Source: Bacilli bacterium | Lineage (GTDB): Bacteria > Bacillota_I > Bacilli_A > RF39 > UBA660 | Assembly (NCBI GenBank): GCA_017441845.1 | Contig: JAFRVB010000008.1 | Coordinates: forward strand, 110,143 to 174,142 | Direction of reading: 5' to 3' | Length of the DNA: 64,000 nt | Part shown: positions 62,804 to 64,000 of the stretch, one piece after another | Layout: each line of letters starts with the position of its first letter | Numbering within the stretch: position 1 is the first letter of the stretch | Position numbers and translations under genes: made by a program | Notes under the pieces: generated by a model | The model's database searches: none | What the model was told of the DNA's origin: nothing | Seen by the model: only the letters and a program-made list of their open reading frames with translations

Positions 62804-63487
62804 CTATTTTAATTTCTTTAAATAAGCATTATATTTATTTAAATATTTATAATTATTAAACTTTATCTTATTACCATCTATCTTCCATTGTTTATGATTA
62901 TCTCTTAAAAACTCTAATGTTGCGATAGATACAGTAATTGTAGTATCAATATTCTTCTTATTTACTTTTAATTCGTTTATATTATCTACTTTTTCATATA
63001 CATCTTCTTCATCGATAATCTTTTTATATAAATCAATATATTTATGACTATTAGTATAATTCTTAATATAATTATTTAAGTATTTCTTATCACTCATTTT
63101 AATTAAAGAATCTACATCTTTATCATAAGAAGTTACTGTATCATTTAAATACTTAATAGATTTTTCAAATTTAGGACCATCTTCTTTATAATTAGATATA
63201 GTTAATACATTAGATAATTTCTTATCATTAGGTACTTCTTTTATCTTATTTAATTTAATAGAATAGTCACTCATATAATTCTTTATAGCTTCTTCTATAT
63301 CACAGTATCCAAAAAAACTCTTACAACTTGTTTTATAATCAGAATCTATCTTCATATTAACTACTTCATTTACTTCTTTTCTTAATACTTTTTCACTATA
63401 TCTACAAAGAACTACATATATACCAAATATTATTAATATTACTAATAATAATAGAATTATATATACTTGTTTACTCTTTTTATTCAT
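62804..63487 (-). CDS. Membrane-anchored Lys/Asn/Tyr-rich hypothetical protein
   Basis: 227 aa, N-terminal TM helix (VYIILLLLVILIIFGIYVVL), no recognisable domain. Confidence 0.45.
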   Translation of the reverse strand: MNKKSKQVYIILLLLVILIIFGIYVVLCRYSEKVLRKEVNEVVNMKIDSDYKTSCKSFFGYCDIEEAIKNYMSDYSIKLNKIKEVPNDKKLSNVLTISNYKEDGPKFEKSIKYLNDTVTSYDKDVDSLIKMSDKKYLNNYIKNYTNSHKYIDLYKKIIDEEDVYEKVDNINELKVNKKNIDTTITVSIATLEFLRDNHKQWKIDGNKIKFNNYKYLNKYNAYLKKLK

Positions 63488-63489
63488 AA

Positions 63490-64000
63490 TTACCCCTCAG
63501 TTAAAATATCTTCTATTCTTTTTAATACTTCTTTTACCCCTAATTTAGTAACAGAAGAGAATACTACTAAATCATCTCCTACTACTAAGTCTAAAGTATC
63601 AATAATTGTCTTTAGATTTTTTTGTTTCTTAGAACCAGTTACTTTATCTGCTTTAGTAGCAATTATAGTAACAGGAACATTATAATACTTTAAAAAATTA
63701 TACATTAATAGATCATCTTCAGTAGGTTTAATCTTAAAATCTACTAACATAAATACTCTTTTTAATTGTTCTCTTGTTTCTAAATATTCTTCTATCATCA
63801 TACCAAATTTTTGCCTATTTTCTTTTGATGTTTGAGCATATCCATATCCTGGAACATCTATTAAATAGAATTCATCATTTATACCATAAAAGTTTAATGT
63901 TTGAGTTTTACCAGGTTTAGAACTAGTATAAGCAAGATTCTTTCTACCTAAAATAGAATTAATAAAACTACTCTTACCTACATTACTTCTACCTACTAGT
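63490..64000 (-). CDS. engB: Ribosome biogenesis GTPase EngB/YsxC (5' end truncated by the window edge)
   Basis: The frame stays open to the window edge. Translation reads '..LVGRSNVGKSSFINSILGRKNLAYTSSKPGKTQTLNFY...IDVPGYGYA...MLVDFKI...ATKADKV'. Confidence 0.85.
   Translation of the reverse strand, partial: LVGRSNVGKSSFINSILGRKNLAYTSSKPGKTQTLNFYGINDEFYLIDVPGYGYAQTSKENRQKFGMMIEEYLETREQLKRVFMLVDFKIKPTEDDLLMYNFLKYYNVPVTIIATKADKVTGSKKQKNLKTIIDTLDLVVGDDLVVFSSVTKLGVKEVLKRIEDILTEG

Noticed and set aside
1-64000. Possible Mollicutes genetic code (UGA=Trp), given the very low G+C and Mycoplasma-like DUF285 proteins.
   Set aside because: All conserved housekeeping proteins are full-length under table 11. 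The Trp codons I checked are TGG (for example MiaB 'HPWDF'). Cell-wall genes (PBP1A, a sortase-like gene, an LtaS-like gene, PrsA) are present.
1-64000. Mobile genetic elements, prophage or integrative islands flanking the accessory surface-protein genes.
   Set aside because: I recognised no integrase, transposase, recombinase, phage structural gene, tRNA attachment site or flanking direct repeats. The only dispersed repeat is the paralogous LRR-gene 5' module.

Overview
This is a very AT-rich, standard-code (table 11) Bacillota-type chromosome segment. I count about 62 CDS, 54 of them on the minus strand, plus one RNase P RNA and one T-box leader. The housekeeping backbone has Bacillus-like local synteny: miaB; T-box-serS; pdp-GNAT-tdk; sufCDSUB; recX, rpoZ; ftsY-ylxM-ffh; rnj; rny-recA-pgsA-rodZ-like; rnpB-gpsB; recU-ponA; nth-dnaD-cca; hup; der; engB. 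A sortase-like gene, PBP1A, PrsA and an LtaS-like gene indicate a walled, reduced low-GC gut-type Firmicute (Erysipelotrichia/Mollicutes-related is my guess, not a determination). I saw no transposase, integrase, CRISPR array, tRNA or rRNA.

Several accessory surface and unknown modules interrupt the backbone:
- Three giant (620-686 aa) proteins have canonical type IV prepilin N-termini. Two sit in a tandem array where each is translationally coupled to a small Cys-motif membrane protein, and no pilus machinery is in the window. This is the best candidate for an undescribed system.
- An ssbB-like gene missing from the ORF track lies directly downstream and apparently starts at AUU.
- A HerA/DUF87-type ATPase with a long acidic tail is inserted between ylxM and ffh.
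- A putative thioester-domain adhesin with an APDTG sorting signal sits next to a sortase-like protein that lacks the canonical His and Arg.
- Three surface proteins (two DUF285/BspA-type LRR paralogs and one DUF6273-like) share a conserved N-terminal leader module.
- The suf operon has a truncated SufD and an extra ORF.

All functional calls come from motif recognition by eye. No searches were run.
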